A DNA stretch of 64,000 nt from an uncultured Mycoplasmatota bacterium (GCA_900554315.1 USGP01000002.1:10404-74403); one strand, 5' to 3'; counted from the first letter of the stretch, positions 10,977 through 21,935 are shown. The notes: generated from the sequence alone by a model not told the origin. Numbers and translations are program-made.

Positions 10977-11750
10977 ATGTATAAGATTAATAATTTTACA
11001 AATAATGATGACATTAAAGTATTAAAACAATTAGGACCATTTACAGTTGTAGAATACCAAAGAGATTTAAGCGTCACACCATCAACAGCCCAAATAAGTT
11101 ACTTTAGTAATATTATGAATGTCAGAAAAAGACAAGTAATTTGTAATTTATCAGTTTCTCCCATCACAATACAAGCTGGTGCAATGCAATGGATGGTCGG
11201 TAACGCAAACGCTACAACGGGAATAAAAGGAGTTGGAGACTTATTTTCAAAAGCTGTTAGAGGAAAAGTCACTGGAGAATCAGCAATTAAACCAGAATAT
11301 ACAGGAGACGGAGAAATTGTTTTAGAACCTACTTACCGTCATATCCTATTACTAAATATGGAAGACTGGAACAATTCAATTGTATTAGATGATGGACTAT
11401 TTCTAGCATGTACTTCAAACTTAAAGCAAAGAGCCGTGATGAGAAGTAATATTTCATCAGCAGTAGCTGGAAACGAAGGACTATTTAATCTAGGAATTGA
11501 AGGAAAAGGAACACTTTGTATAGAATCACCATGTCCACAAGAAGAATTAATAGAAATTGAATTAAATAATGATGTAGTAAAAATTGATGGAAATATGGCA
11601 ATAGCATGGAGTGGAAGCTTAGAATTTACTGTAGAACGCTCAGGAAAAACATTAGTAGGATCTGCTGCATCAGGAGAAGGACTTGTAAATGTATATAGAG
11701 GAACTGGAAAGGTTTTACTTGCCCCAGTAGATAATTATGCAAAAATTTGA
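10977..11750 (+). CDS. AIM24-family (DUF124-like) protein
   Basis: Pattern QAGAMQWM ... GNEGLFNLGIEGKGTLCIES ... IDGNMAIAW ... SGEGLVNVYRGTGKVLLAP resembles the repeated GEGLF/G-x-G motifs of AIM24/TIGR00266 proteins. Judged from memory only. Confidence 0.55.
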   Translation: MYKINNFTNNDDIKVLKQLGPFTVVEYQRDLSVTPSTAQISYFSNIMNVRKRQVICNLSVSPITIQAGAMQWMVGNANATTGIKGVGDLFSKAVRGKVTGESAIKPEYTGDGEIVLEPTYRHILLLNMEDWNNSIVLDDGLFLACTSNLKQRAVMRSNISSAVAGNEGLFNLGIEGKGTLCIESPCPQEELIEIELNNDVVKIDGNMAIAWSGSLEFTVERSGKTLVGSAASGEGLVNVYRGTGKVLLAPVDNYAKI

Positions 11751-11801
11751 TACAAACAAAAAAATATGTTACAATGAAAAAAATAAAAAGAGGTGTATTA
11801 A

Positions 11802-12329
11802 ATGAAAAATTATAGAAACAGTTCATTAACATTTTTAAGTGTAATCATGATTATCTTTGGAGTATGCTATGCAATACTAGGTACATTAAGTATTATAGGA
11901 ACAATAACAGGAGTTTTCCCAGGACATGAAGAGCATAATATAATAATTATTTTATTAGCCTACATTACATCAATTCTTGCAGTAGTAGGTGGAATCATCG
12001 GAATTAAACAAAAATATTCTCTTACAAAAAAAGTAGCCATTATATTTGCAATGGTAGGACTAGCTTCCATCATTTACATACTATTAACACAAGAAGCTTT
12101 TAATAACTTTGATGTAATAACAATTGTCTTAGGATTAGGAATTGCCTTCTTTGCAGCAACATCTGAAAAAGAAATAAAAGAACTAAAAAAATTAGAAAAA
12201 AAGAAAAAAGAAGAAGCAAAGATGAAAGAAAAAACAAAAACAACTGAAAAAACTCCAAAAAAGAAAACAGTAAAGAAAAGTGAACCCAAAAAGAAAAAAA
12301 CAACTACAAAAACAAAAAAAGAAAAGTAA
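11802..12329 (+). CDS. Small integral membrane protein with a lysine-rich C-terminal tail
   Basis: Four hydrophobic segments followed by about 50 aa of K/E/T low complexity; RBS AGAGG. Confidence 0.55.
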   Translation: MKNYRNSSLTFLSVIMIIFGVCYAILGTLSIIGTITGVFPGHEEHNIIIILLAYITSILAVVGGIIGIKQKYSLTKKVAIIFAMVGLASIIYILLTQEAFNNFDVITIVLGLGIAFFAATSEKEIKELKKLEKKKKEEAKMKEKTKTTEKTPKKKTVKKSEPKKKKTTTKTKKEK

Positions 12330-12345
12330 AAACTTTTCTTTTTTT
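12318..12345. terminator. Bidirectional terminator between the membrane-protein gene and smpB
   Basis: AAAGAAAAGT-AAAA-ACTTTTCTTT hairpin with a T-run. Confidence 0.55.
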
Positions 12346-12784
12346 ATGAATAATTTTTAATGTTACGTAATGCTTCACGTTTCATATCTCGTTCTTTAAT
12401 AGACTCTCTTTTATCATAATCTTTCTTACCACGACAAATTCCTAAAGACACTTTCAAATAATTATCCTTAAAATACAACTTTAAAGGTACCAAAGTTAAT
12501 CCTTTCATTTCAATAGCAGATTCAATTTTCTTAATTTCTTTTTTATGTAATAAAAGTTTACGACTTCTTGTTTCTTCATGATTAAAAATATTTCCTTCCT
12601 TATAAGGAGAAACAAACATATTCAATAAATAAACCTCATGATTTTTTACAATACCATAACAATCCTTAATATTACAATTACCAGCACGAATAGATTTAAT
12701 TTCTGTACCAGTTAAAACAATACCTGCTTCCAATGTTTCTTCTACAAAATAATCATGTTGTGCTTTTCTATTAACAATTTCCAT
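12344..12784 (-). CDS. smpB: SsrA-binding protein SmpB
   Basis: NRKAQHDYFVEETLEAGIVLTGTEIKSIR is the canonical SmpB N-terminus. Start set at ATG 12784, with AGGAG 8 nt upstream. Confidence 0.9.
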   Translation of the reverse strand: MEIVNRKAQHDYFVEETLEAGIVLTGTEIKSIRAGNCNIKDCYGIVKNHEVYLLNMFVSPYKEGNIFNHEETRSRKLLLHKKEIKKIESAIEMKGLTLVPLKLYFKDNYLKVSLGICRGKKDYDKRESIKERDMKREALRNIKNYS

Positions 12785-12788
12785 ATTA

Positions 12789-13976
12789 TCAACTCCTACT
12801 AAGTCCCCAAACAAGTTCTGGATAACGTGAGCTAACTACTGATTTATATTGATTATAATAAGAGGAATAATTAGGTAATAATTCATCATTTAACATAGAA
12901 TACGGATAAACAACAAAATTACGTTTTCCTCCAAAACTAGATTTTGTATAAATTAGTTCTGCTCTAGGATTATCTATCGTAACTTGAACATCATCTTTCG
13001 TCACTACTTTATTTATTGTAACTTCCATCATTAATCCTGTCAATCTTTCAATTCCAACTTGATCAGAAATAAAATTACCAAGAGAATAAATAACAAAAGT
13101 TTTTCCATCATTAATATATTCTACAGGCTCTACAACATGTGGATGAGAACCAATAATAAGATCCACTCCCAATGAAGAAAGATACTGACTAATTTCTTCC
13201 TGCTGACTAGAAACATCCATAGAATATTCTGTTCCCCAATGCATCGCAACAATAACAACATCAACCTGATCACGAACCTTTTCAATATCTGATTTGGCTT
13301 TTTCAGGAGAATAAACATTATTTAAATACTCTTTACCACTAGGAGTTTCTAATCCATTTGTCCAGGTTGTATAAGAGAAAAATGCATACTTAATACCATT
13401 ACATTCATAAATACGTACCTTGTCTCTCTCCTCTTGCGATGTTCTTTGGCCATCCCATACGATACCGTCTTGACTAGACCAATAATTAACGGAGTGAACC
13501 ACACCTGCTTCTCCTTTATCCATCGTATGATTCGTTGCTAAAGAAACCAAATTAAAGCCAGCATCAACAAAAGCATCTCCAACAGCATCTGGAGAATTAA
13601 ACTGTGGATAATTAGAATATCCTAAATCAGCACCACCTAAAATAGTTTCTTGATTATAGTATGCTAAATCATACCAAGATGAAATTGGTTTGATTTTTTT
13701 TAACATAGGAATAAAATTATACGTACCATCACTCTGCAAAGCATCTTCATATATAGCACTGTGAATCAATGCATCTCCTACCATAAGCAATTGAATACTA
13801 TATTTCTGAGGATACTTAGGTTTTTCTTCTTTTTGTACTACTTTTTTAGTTTCTTCCTTAGAACCAAAGAAAAAGTTAGAAAGACCAAAACAGGTAACAA
13901 GACATACTAACAAAATACAAATAAATATTAATATCTTTCCACCCATTTTTAATCTTCTAACTTTTTTTACTGCCAT
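12789..13976 (-). CDS. CapA-family (PGA_cap metallophosphatase-like) membrane-anchored protein
   Basis: N-terminal TM segment, then MVGDALIH, NHTMD, MHWGTEY and GSHPHV, the motifs typical of CapA/YwtB-like proteins. Confidence 0.7.
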   Translation of the reverse strand: MAVKKVRRLKMGGKILIFICILLVCLVTCFGLSNFFFGSKEETKKVVQKEEKPKYPQKYSIQLLMVGDALIHSAIYEDALQSDGTYNFIPMLKKIKPISSWYDLAYYNQETILGGADLGYSNYPQFNSPDAVGDAFVDAGFNLVSLATNHTMDKGEAGVVHSVNYWSSQDGIVWDGQRTSQEERDKVRIYECNGIKYAFFSYTTWTNGLETPSGKEYLNNVYSPEKAKSDIEKVRDQVDVVIVAMHWGTEYSMDVSSQQEEISQYLSSLGVDLIIGSHPHVVEPVEYINDGKTFVIYSLGNFISDQVGIERLTGLMMEVTINKVVTKDDVQVTIDNPRAELIYTKSSFGGKRNFVVYPYSMLNDELLPNYSSYYNQYKSVVSSRYPELVWGLSRS

Positions 13977-13980
13977 ATCA

Positions 13981-16089
13981 TTACAACTTCCTTACTACCT
14001 CAAAATCAATTGTTTTTTCTTCTTTAGATGCTCTTACAACTTTAACAACAACTCTCTCACCAATTGTATATTTAACATGACTTCTTTCACCGGTTAAAGT
14101 CATATGTTCTTCATCATAATGGAAATAATCTTTCATATCACGAAGAGGAACCAAACCTTCAATTAAATTATCTAATTCTACAAACATACCAAAATTAGTT
14201 ACAGTAGAAATCATACCTTCAAATTCCTCACCAATATGATCTTCCATATACTCAGCCATTTTCATATCATCTACTTCACGTTCACAATCTACACTAGCAC
14301 GTTCCCTATCAGAAGAATGTTCTGAAATATAGACAAGCTTTTCTTCCCACTTACGAATAGTTCCCATATCTAATTGCTTTTCAAATAAATATGTACGTAA
14401 TAATCGATGAACAGTTGTATCAGGATATCTACGAATTGGAGAAGTAAAATGTGTATAACACTGACTAGCAAGGCCATAATGTCCTAAGTTTTCTGGACGA
14501 TAAACCGCTTTTTGCATACTTCTAAGTAATAAACTAGATAAAATTTTAAATTCTGGCTTATCTTCCAAAAATTTAATAATTCTCTGAACTGTCTTTGGAC
14601 TAGTATCTTTTAAATCACCAGGAATCTGGTAACCCAAACTACCAACAAAACTTAAATAACTACGAAGTTTTTCTTCTTTTGGTACTTCATGAACACGATA
14701 AATAAATGGTAATGCCATAAAATATACATGAGTGGCTACACACTCGTTAGCAGCAATCATAAAGTCCTCTATTAGTTTTTCTCCTTTACCACGGTCACGT
14801 AATACAATCTCAGTAGGCTTACAGTTTTCATCAACCAAAATTTTAGCTTCATCAACCTCAAAATCAATATAACCACGTTTAATTTTCATTTTCCTCAAAA
14901 TTTCGGCTAATTCTTCCATAATTCTCAATGATTTTTCAAAAGGTTCATAGCCTTCAGGAACAACATTATTTTCTAAGATACTATTAACATTTTTATAAGT
15001 CATCTGTTTACGTGAACGAATAACGCTAGGGAATATTTCATAATCTAATTGTTTCCCCTCATGATCAAACTCCATAACACAAGAAATAGCCAAACGATCA
15101 ACATTAGGATTTAGGGAACAAATACCATTAGATAACTCATGAGGTAACATAGGAATAACCCTATCGACTAAATAAACACTAGTACCACGTTCCATAGCTT
15201 CATTATCCAAAGGACTACCCTCTTTTACATAATAACTAACATCAGCGATATGAACACCCAATTTATAATGACCATTATTCATAATTTCAATAGAAATAGC
15301 ATCATCGATATCCTTTGTATCATCACCATCTATTGTAAATATTTCCCAATTTCTTAAATCCCTACGACCAATCATATCAATATCTCTAACTTGCATTGGT
15401 AGGCTTTTTACTTCTTCTTTGACATCATCAGGAAACTCTGTATGAATATTATACTTATAAACAATAGATAAAATATCAACACCAGGATCATTTTTATGAC
15501 CAATAATTTCAACAACTTTACCAGAATATTTCATATTCTTATTCAATTTCTTAATAAGTTCAACAACTACTTTATGACCATCAACAGCATTTAAAGAGTC
15601 TTCCTTAGCCACTTGAATATCAAGTTTTATTTTTGAATCATCCAAAGTAATATGTCCAACACCTTTAGAATCAAAATTAATTTCCCCAATATAACGTTCA
15701 ACTTGACGTTTCAAAACTTTTAAAATACGACCTTCCATACGATCAATATTCATTTTACTAGTAATTTCTACTAAAACAATATCTCCATGAATAGCACCAT
15801 TCATATTTTCTGGAGCCACATAAACATCATCATCTAAATTTTCTACTTCAACAAAGCCAAATCCCTTTTTATTTGCACGTAAAACACCTTTTCGTAAATG
15901 ACTATCTTCAAGCATCATATATCGCCCTTTATTAGAACAATAAATAATAACATCTTCTTCCATCTTACGTAGTTCTTCACTCAAGTCTCTAACTTCATTT
16001 ACCTCATGTAGATTTAAAGCATCTTGCAACTCATAAATAGTAAGTGCTTTTTTACTATTCTTTAATATATTAATAATATTATCTCTCAT
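13981..16089 (-). CDS. rnr: Ribonuclease R
   Basis: RNB-domain motifs (DGDDTKDIDDAISI, YLVDRVIPMLP) and a C-terminal S1 domain (GMISTVTNFGMFVEL). Start at ATG 16089, with GAAGGTGA upstream. Confidence 0.9.
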   Translation of the reverse strand: MRDNIINILKNSKKALTIYELQDALNLHEVNEVRDLSEELRKMEEDVIIYCSNKGRYMMLEDSHLRKGVLRANKKGFGFVEVENLDDDVYVAPENMNGAIHGDIVLVEITSKMNIDRMEGRILKVLKRQVERYIGEINFDSKGVGHITLDDSKIKLDIQVAKEDSLNAVDGHKVVVELIKKLNKNMKYSGKVVEIIGHKNDPGVDILSIVYKYNIHTEFPDDVKEEVKSLPMQVRDIDMIGRRDLRNWEIFTIDGDDTKDIDDAISIEIMNNGHYKLGVHIADVSYYVKEGSPLDNEAMERGTSVYLVDRVIPMLPHELSNGICSLNPNVDRLAISCVMEFDHEGKQLDYEIFPSVIRSRKQMTYKNVNSILENNVVPEGYEPFEKSLRIMEELAEILRKMKIKRGYIDFEVDEAKILVDENCKPTEIVLRDRGKGEKLIEDFMIAANECVATHVYFMALPFIYRVHEVPKEEKLRSYLSFVGSLGYQIPGDLKDTSPKTVQRIIKFLEDKPEFKILSSLLLRSMQKAVYRPENLGHYGLASQCYTHFTSPIRRYPDTTVHRLLRTYLFEKQLDMGTIRKWEEKLVYISEHSSDRERASVDCEREVDDMKMAEYMEDHIGEEFEGMISTVTNFGMFVELDNLIEGLVPLRDMKDYFHYDEEHMTLTGERSHVKYTIGERVVVKVVRASKEEKTIDFEVVRKL

Positions 16090-16155
16090 TAGTATCACCT
16101 TCTAACCATATTATACCGTATTTTTAAAGATATAACTAGTATTAAAATTATACAA

Positions 16156-16179
16156 CAAAAAAAGCTCTAAAAAGAGCTT
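16156..16179 (-). terminator. Intrinsic terminator after secG
   Basis: Minus strand reads AAGCTCT-TTTT-AGAGCTT followed by a T-run. Confidence 0.6.
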
Positions 16180-16184
16180 AACGA

Positions 16185-16400
16185 TTAAATGAACATAGAT
16201 ACTAAACAAATACCAAAAAACGCTAATCCAAGAACCCAAGTAAGACGAGTAATAAATAATTCAGATCCTCTTTCTTTACGATGCGTAAACAATTCAGAAG
16301 TACTTCCTGAAATAATTTGTGCAGCACCTTCTGCTTTACTACTTTGTAATAAAACAATCACAATAAGCAAAATAGATATAATTAAGAGCGCTGTTTCCAT
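16185..16400 (-). CDS. secG: Preprotein translocase subunit SecG
   Basis: 71 aa with two TM segments and LLQSSKAEG, sited next to rnr as in B. subtilis. Confidence 0.8.
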   Translation of the reverse strand: METALLIISILLIVIVLLQSSKAEGAAQIISGSTSELFTHRKERGSELFITRLTWVLGLAFFGICLVSMFI

Positions 16401-16455
16401 AGCACACCTCCGTTAACAATACCAATATAATACCATATTTTTAAACTGAATGCAA

Positions 16456-17217
16456 CTAACGAAGTAAAGTTTTTACCTTATAATCTGTAAATTCCGAAAT
16501 AGGAGTACCATAATCGCTTCCAATTTCTGTTTGAATATCTTGAAAAAAGCCTCTAGAATTAGATTGTTTTTTCACCCAACGGTCAATTTCACGTTTTCGA
16601 CTTTTATCATAAGCATCCGATTTTTCCATCTCATAAGCCAAAAACTTAGCCATAGCAAAATTTAAAGATGACTGATTCATATCAGCAGGGCTTCCACTCG
16701 TAACTTCATATTTATCCATATCACATAAGTACATAAAATCAGAACCAAATAAATAGCTACCTCGATTAATATCTTTAGCTCTAACATGATTAGCAGTCAT
16801 TTGTGAAAAATCTTGTTCTAACAAATCCCAAGACTCAATCAAATCCCCACAACTAAAGTCTCCCGGTTGACGATACCTTGGAGTTCCTTTTTTCTTAGGA
16901 GAAGTTAAATCATCAATATAAGGCATCACATATCCAGTATAAACACCATCCTGATTTAATAAAATATCTGTAGGTTGAGTTATACGTTGTAAATGCAAGT
17001 GATCTTTAAAATATAAAGCTTTTTCAAAAGTCATAAGACCCTGTTCTTTTCTTAATGTAATATCATATTTTAATAATTTTAGTGCTTGATTATTAAATTG
17101 AAAAATATACCCATCATGTCCAGCACCAATTCTAGGTAACTTATATACATTAGGAATCGTTTTATAATTACTAGAAATAGTGACTGGTAATTCCTCATTA
17201 GGTACGCTTCTACTCAC
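16456..17217 (-). CDS. Small protein-kinase-like fold protein (function unknown)
   Basis: GTG start with GAGGGGGG upstream. The motif order is G-rich loop IGAGHDGYIF, ALKLLK, hinge GYVMPYID, catalytic-loop-like VRAKDINRGS, then LCDMDKY (DFG-like). Confidence 0.45.
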   Translation of the reverse strand: MSRSVPNEELPVTISSNYKTIPNVYKLPRIGAGHDGYIFQFNNQALKLLKYDITLRKEQGLMTFEKALYFKDHLHLQRITQPTDILLNQDGVYTGYVMPYIDDLTSPKKKGTPRYRQPGDFSCGDLIESWDLLEQDFSQMTANHVRAKDINRGSYLFGSDFMYLCDMDKYEVTSGSPADMNQSSLNFAMAKFLAYEMEKSDAYDKSRKREIDRWVKKQSNSRGFFQDIQTEIGSDYGTPISEFTDYKVKTLLR

Positions 17218-17261
17218 TAAAATCCCCCCTCATTGTTTGACATATTATATCACAAATAAGC

Positions 17262-17299
17262 AAAAAAAACAAGATATCAAATATAATCTAATATCTTGT
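17262..17299 (-). terminator. Intrinsic terminator after the proS operon
   Basis: Minus strand reads ACAAGATAT, a 13-nt loop, ATATCTTGT, then T8. The 5' arm overlaps the proS stop. Confidence 0.5.
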
Positions 17300-18956
17300 C
17301 TATCTCTAACTCTTGAACTTCTTCTAAATCGCGTCGTTTCATCTCAGCAATTCTTGACTCTGCTTTACGGCCGATTGTAATACGATTAGGAATACCAATT
17401 AAATCCATATCCTTAAACTTAACACCAACTCTTAAATCACGATTATCTAAAAGAACAGATTTACCTGCACTTTCTAAGGTATGATAAAGCTCCTCAGCCA
17501 AAGAAACTTGAACCTCATCTTTCATATTAACAATAACAATCGCTATATCATAAGGAGAAAGTTCAGGCGTAAAAATAATACCAAAATCATCATGATGTTG
17601 CTCCACATAAGCAGCTAAGACTCGTGCAACACCAATACCATAACACCCCATAACAACAGGCATTAAGTGATTGTCCTCATCAGCATAATACAATCCTAAA
17701 GATTCAGAATACTTTGTACCTAATTTAAAAGTATTCCCTACTTCAATTCCTTTCTTAAACTGTAGCTTATTTCCACAAACAGGACAAACATCACCCTCAC
17801 AAACAAATCGAATATCTGCTACCATATCGTAATGAAAATCACTCATATTAACATTAACATAATGATAATCCGTCTTATTAGCACCTACCACAAAATTTTG
17901 CATATCTAAAACTTCCAAATCCACAACAACAGGAATATTTAGACCAATAGGGCCAGCAAATCCTACTTTAGCATGAGTAATTTCTTCGTCCTCTTCAACA
18001 GAAGCCATCTCAATCTCCTTAGCCGATAAAATTTTACTAACCTTAGTTTCATTTAATTCTCTATCACCACGAAGTAAAAAAGCATAAAACTTACCATCCA
18101 CTTTATAAATTAATGTTTTAACAGTCTTTTTAGGGTCGATATCATAAGAATGAGATAACTCATCAATAGTACCAACACCAGGAGTATGTAATAATTCTTT
18201 ATCTAACTTCTTCTCTTCCGTATTTTCTTCCAAATGACCTTGACACTCGCATATTTCAATATTCATTGCTTTATGACAATGATTGCAAATAACGATAGTA
18301 TCTTCACCAATATCACAAATTGCTTGAAATTCTTCAGATAAACTTCCTCCCATAGCTCCAGTATCAGCCTGCACTACTTCATAATTAAGGCCAATTCGTT
18401 TAAAAATCCTATGATAAGCGTCAAACATAGCTTGATAAGATTTTGATAACTCTTCTTCATTTTTATCAAAAGTATAAGCATCCTTCATAATAAATTCACG
18501 AGTTCTAATTAAACCATATCGACTTCTAGGTTCATCTCTATACTTATTAGCAATCTGATATAAACTTAATGGCATATCTTTATAAGAATGAATAACATCC
18601 TTTGCTACTTCTACAAACATCTCTTCATGAGTAGGACCTAATACATATCCTCTACCAACACGATCATGAAGACGAAACATATCATCTCCAAAAGCTTCTA
18701 ATCTACCACTTTTTGCATAAACATCTTCAGGAAGTAAACTAGGCATAACCAACTCATTAGAAGAAATACCATCCATTTCTTCTCGAATAATATTTTCAAT
18801 TTTCTTTAAAACACGAAGCCCTAAAGGTAAAAATGTATAAATACCACTACCAACTTTTTTTATCATTCCAGCACGAACTAATAAATTTGCACTAACAGAA
18901 TCTTCGTCCTTGACATCTTCTTTTTGTGTAAAAAAATAATTACCTTTTAATTTCAT
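17277..18956 (-). CDS. proS: Proline--tRNA ligase, bacterial type (with INS editing domain)
   Basis: 559 aa, starting ...LLVRAGMIKKVGSGIYTFLPLGLRVL. Class II motifs and a large insertion between motifs 2 and 3 are present. Confidence 0.9.
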   Translation of the reverse strand: MKLKGNYFFTQKEDVKDEDSVSANLLVRAGMIKKVGSGIYTFLPLGLRVLKKIENIIREEMDGISSNELVMPSLLPEDVYAKSGRLEAFGDDMFRLHDRVGRGYVLGPTHEEMFVEVAKDVIHSYKDMPLSLYQIANKYRDEPRSRYGLIRTREFIMKDAYTFDKNEEELSKSYQAMFDAYHRIFKRIGLNYEVVQADTGAMGGSLSEEFQAICDIGEDTIVICNHCHKAMNIEICECQGHLEENTEEKKLDKELLHTPGVGTIDELSHSYDIDPKKTVKTLIYKVDGKFYAFLLRGDRELNETKVSKILSAKEIEMASVEEDEEITHAKVGFAGPIGLNIPVVVDLEVLDMQNFVVGANKTDYHYVNVNMSDFHYDMVADIRFVCEGDVCPVCGNKLQFKKGIEVGNTFKLGTKYSESLGLYYADEDNHLMPVVMGCYGIGVARVLAAYVEQHHDDFGIIFTPELSPYDIAIVIVNMKDEVQVSLAEELYHTLESAGKSVLLDNRDLRVGVKFKDMDLIGIPNRITIGRKAESRIAEMKRRDLEEVQELEIDKILDYI

Positions 18957-18996
18957 AATATCCTCCTATAAAAGAATATATATTATTTTATGCAAA

Positions 18997-20409
18997 TTAA
19001 TATTGAATTCCCCAAACAACACGATGTTTTGCTTCTTTACCGCATACAACGCAATGATGAGTTGGTTCTTCTTTTTCTAAAATACATCTAGATTTAAGAC
19101 CGCCAATTTCTTTTAAAGATTCTTCACAAGCTTGATCACCACACCAATCTGCAATAATAAATCCTGGATGATTTTCAATAATCTCACGAATCTTATCAAC
19201 AGTCTCTACTTCATAAGTCATCTTGTCACGTCTTTCTTTTGCCTTATCATATAAATTCTTTTGCATAGCATTCATCAAATCAGTTACATAAGAAACAATA
19301 TCAACATCAGTAGAAACTTTCATTTTCTCATGTGTATCACGTCTAGCAACTGTATAGAAATCATTCTTCAAATCTCTTTCACCAATCTCAATACGAACTG
19401 GAATTCCATTTACTTCAGATTCTTTAAATTTAAAACCTGGAGACTTATCAGAATCATCAACCACAACAGAAATACCACTCTCTTTTAATGCCTGATAAAC
19501 TTCATCTACTTTCTCATTAACATCTCCAATAGGAACAATAACTACCTGTTTTGGTGCAATCTTTGGTGGAAGAACCAATCCAAAATCATCACTGTGAACC
19601 ATAATTAAAGCACCAATCATACGCGTAGTAACGCCCCAAGAAGTTTGATAAGCATATTCTAATTCGTTATTTTTATTAGTAAAAGTAATGTCATAAGCCT
19701 TTGCAAATTTCTGACCAAAGTAATGACTAGTACCTGATTGTAAAGCAACACCATTATACATAAGAGCTTCTATTGTTAAAGAGTACTCAGCCCCAGCAAA
19801 CTTCTCTTTATCTGTTTTCTTACCAGTAATAACTGGGATTGCCAAATAATCCTCAAAAAACTTCTTATAAATATTTAACATTAATCTAGTTTCTGCTTCT
19901 GCTTCTTCTGCAGTAGCATGAACAGTATGACCTTCCTGCCATAAAAACTCTCTACTTCTTAAAAATGGTTTTGTTGTTTTTTCCCATCTCATAACACTAC
20001 ACCATTGGTTATATTTCATAGGTAAATCTCTATAAGATTTAACAACACTACTATAATAATCACTAAATAAAGTTTCACTGGTTGGTCGAACACAAAGTCT
20101 TTCCTCTAACTCTTTAGATCCACCATGAGTTACCCAAGCAACTTCAGGAGCAAAACCATCAATTAACTCTCCTTCTTTTTTCAACAAACTCTCAGGAATA
20201 AGTAAAGGCATATAAACATTTTGATGACCTGTTTCTTTAAACATACCATCTAATACCTCTCTCATTTTTTCCCATAAAGCATAACCAGCAGGTTCAAATA
20301 CCACACAGCCCTTTACATTAGAATAATCACAAAGCTTAGCAGCTTTTACAACATCTGTATACCATTTTGCAAAATCTACATCTCTACTTGTAATAGCTTC
20401 ATTTTTCAT
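18997..20409 (-). CDS. proS: Proline--tRNA ligase, archaeal/eukaryote-like type (no INS domain; C-terminal zinc-binding domain ending in Tyr)
   Basis: MKNEAITSRDVDFAKWYTDVV... is the typical N-terminus of this type. The C-terminal extension has Cys residues (CGDQAC, HHCVVCGK) and the protein ends ...WGIQY. Start at ATG 20409, with GGAGGG upstream. Confidence 0.85.
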   Translation of the reverse strand: MKNEAITSRDVDFAKWYTDVVKAAKLCDYSNVKGCVVFEPAGYALWEKMREVLDGMFKETGHQNVYMPLLIPESLLKKEGELIDGFAPEVAWVTHGGSKELEERLCVRPTSETLFSDYYSSVVKSYRDLPMKYNQWCSVMRWEKTTKPFLRSREFLWQEGHTVHATAEEAEAETRLMLNIYKKFFEDYLAIPVITGKKTDKEKFAGAEYSLTIEALMYNGVALQSGTSHYFGQKFAKAYDITFTNKNNELEYAYQTSWGVTTRMIGALIMVHSDDFGLVLPPKIAPKQVVIVPIGDVNEKVDEVYQALKESGISVVVDDSDKSPGFKFKESEVNGIPVRIEIGERDLKNDFYTVARRDTHEKMKVSTDVDIVSYVTDLMNAMQKNLYDKAKERRDKMTYEVETVDKIREIIENHPGFIIADWCGDQACEESLKEIGGLKSRCILEKEEPTHHCVVCGKEAKHRVVWGIQY

Positions 20410-20659
20410 AAAATCCCTCCTATAAAAAAAGAATGATACCAAAGGAGTGCTTATGCACGGTACCATCCTTTATTACTTAATTCAATAACGATGTAAGAAC
20501 ACCGGAAGCAATGCTTCGCCAAAAAGGTAGGAATATAATTAGATTATAATTGAGTTCACACTATCCTCAAATCACTGATATAAGAGCTAATTACATTATG
20601 TCCTTTTATAAGGCTTTAAACGATAAAATTAGAATAATACAGAAATATTCATTTGTCAA
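20410..20659 (-). promoter_or_regulatory. T-box riboswitch leader (proline specifier CCU) with its promoter and terminator/antiterminator
   Basis: On the minus strand: promoter TTGACA-17-TATTCT. Stem I base helix is AAAAGG...CCUUUU, with UUCCUA just 5' of the closing helix (CCU plus purine, plus-strand 20529-20531). There is an AGUGA bulge. The T-box sequence AAAGGAUGGUACCGUG (plus 20456-20471) overlaps the terminator GGAUGGUACC/GGUAUCAUUC plus U7 (plus 20424-20470). Confidence 0.72.
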
Positions 20660-21925
<1,266 letters not shown>

Positions 21926-21935
21926 CTATTTACAT

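Noticed and set aside
12074-12303. Two minus-strand ORFs of 67-71 aa
   Set aside because: They are antisense to the lysine-rich (AAR repeat) tail of the 175-aa membrane protein, so the poly-Phe/Leu translation is an artefact.
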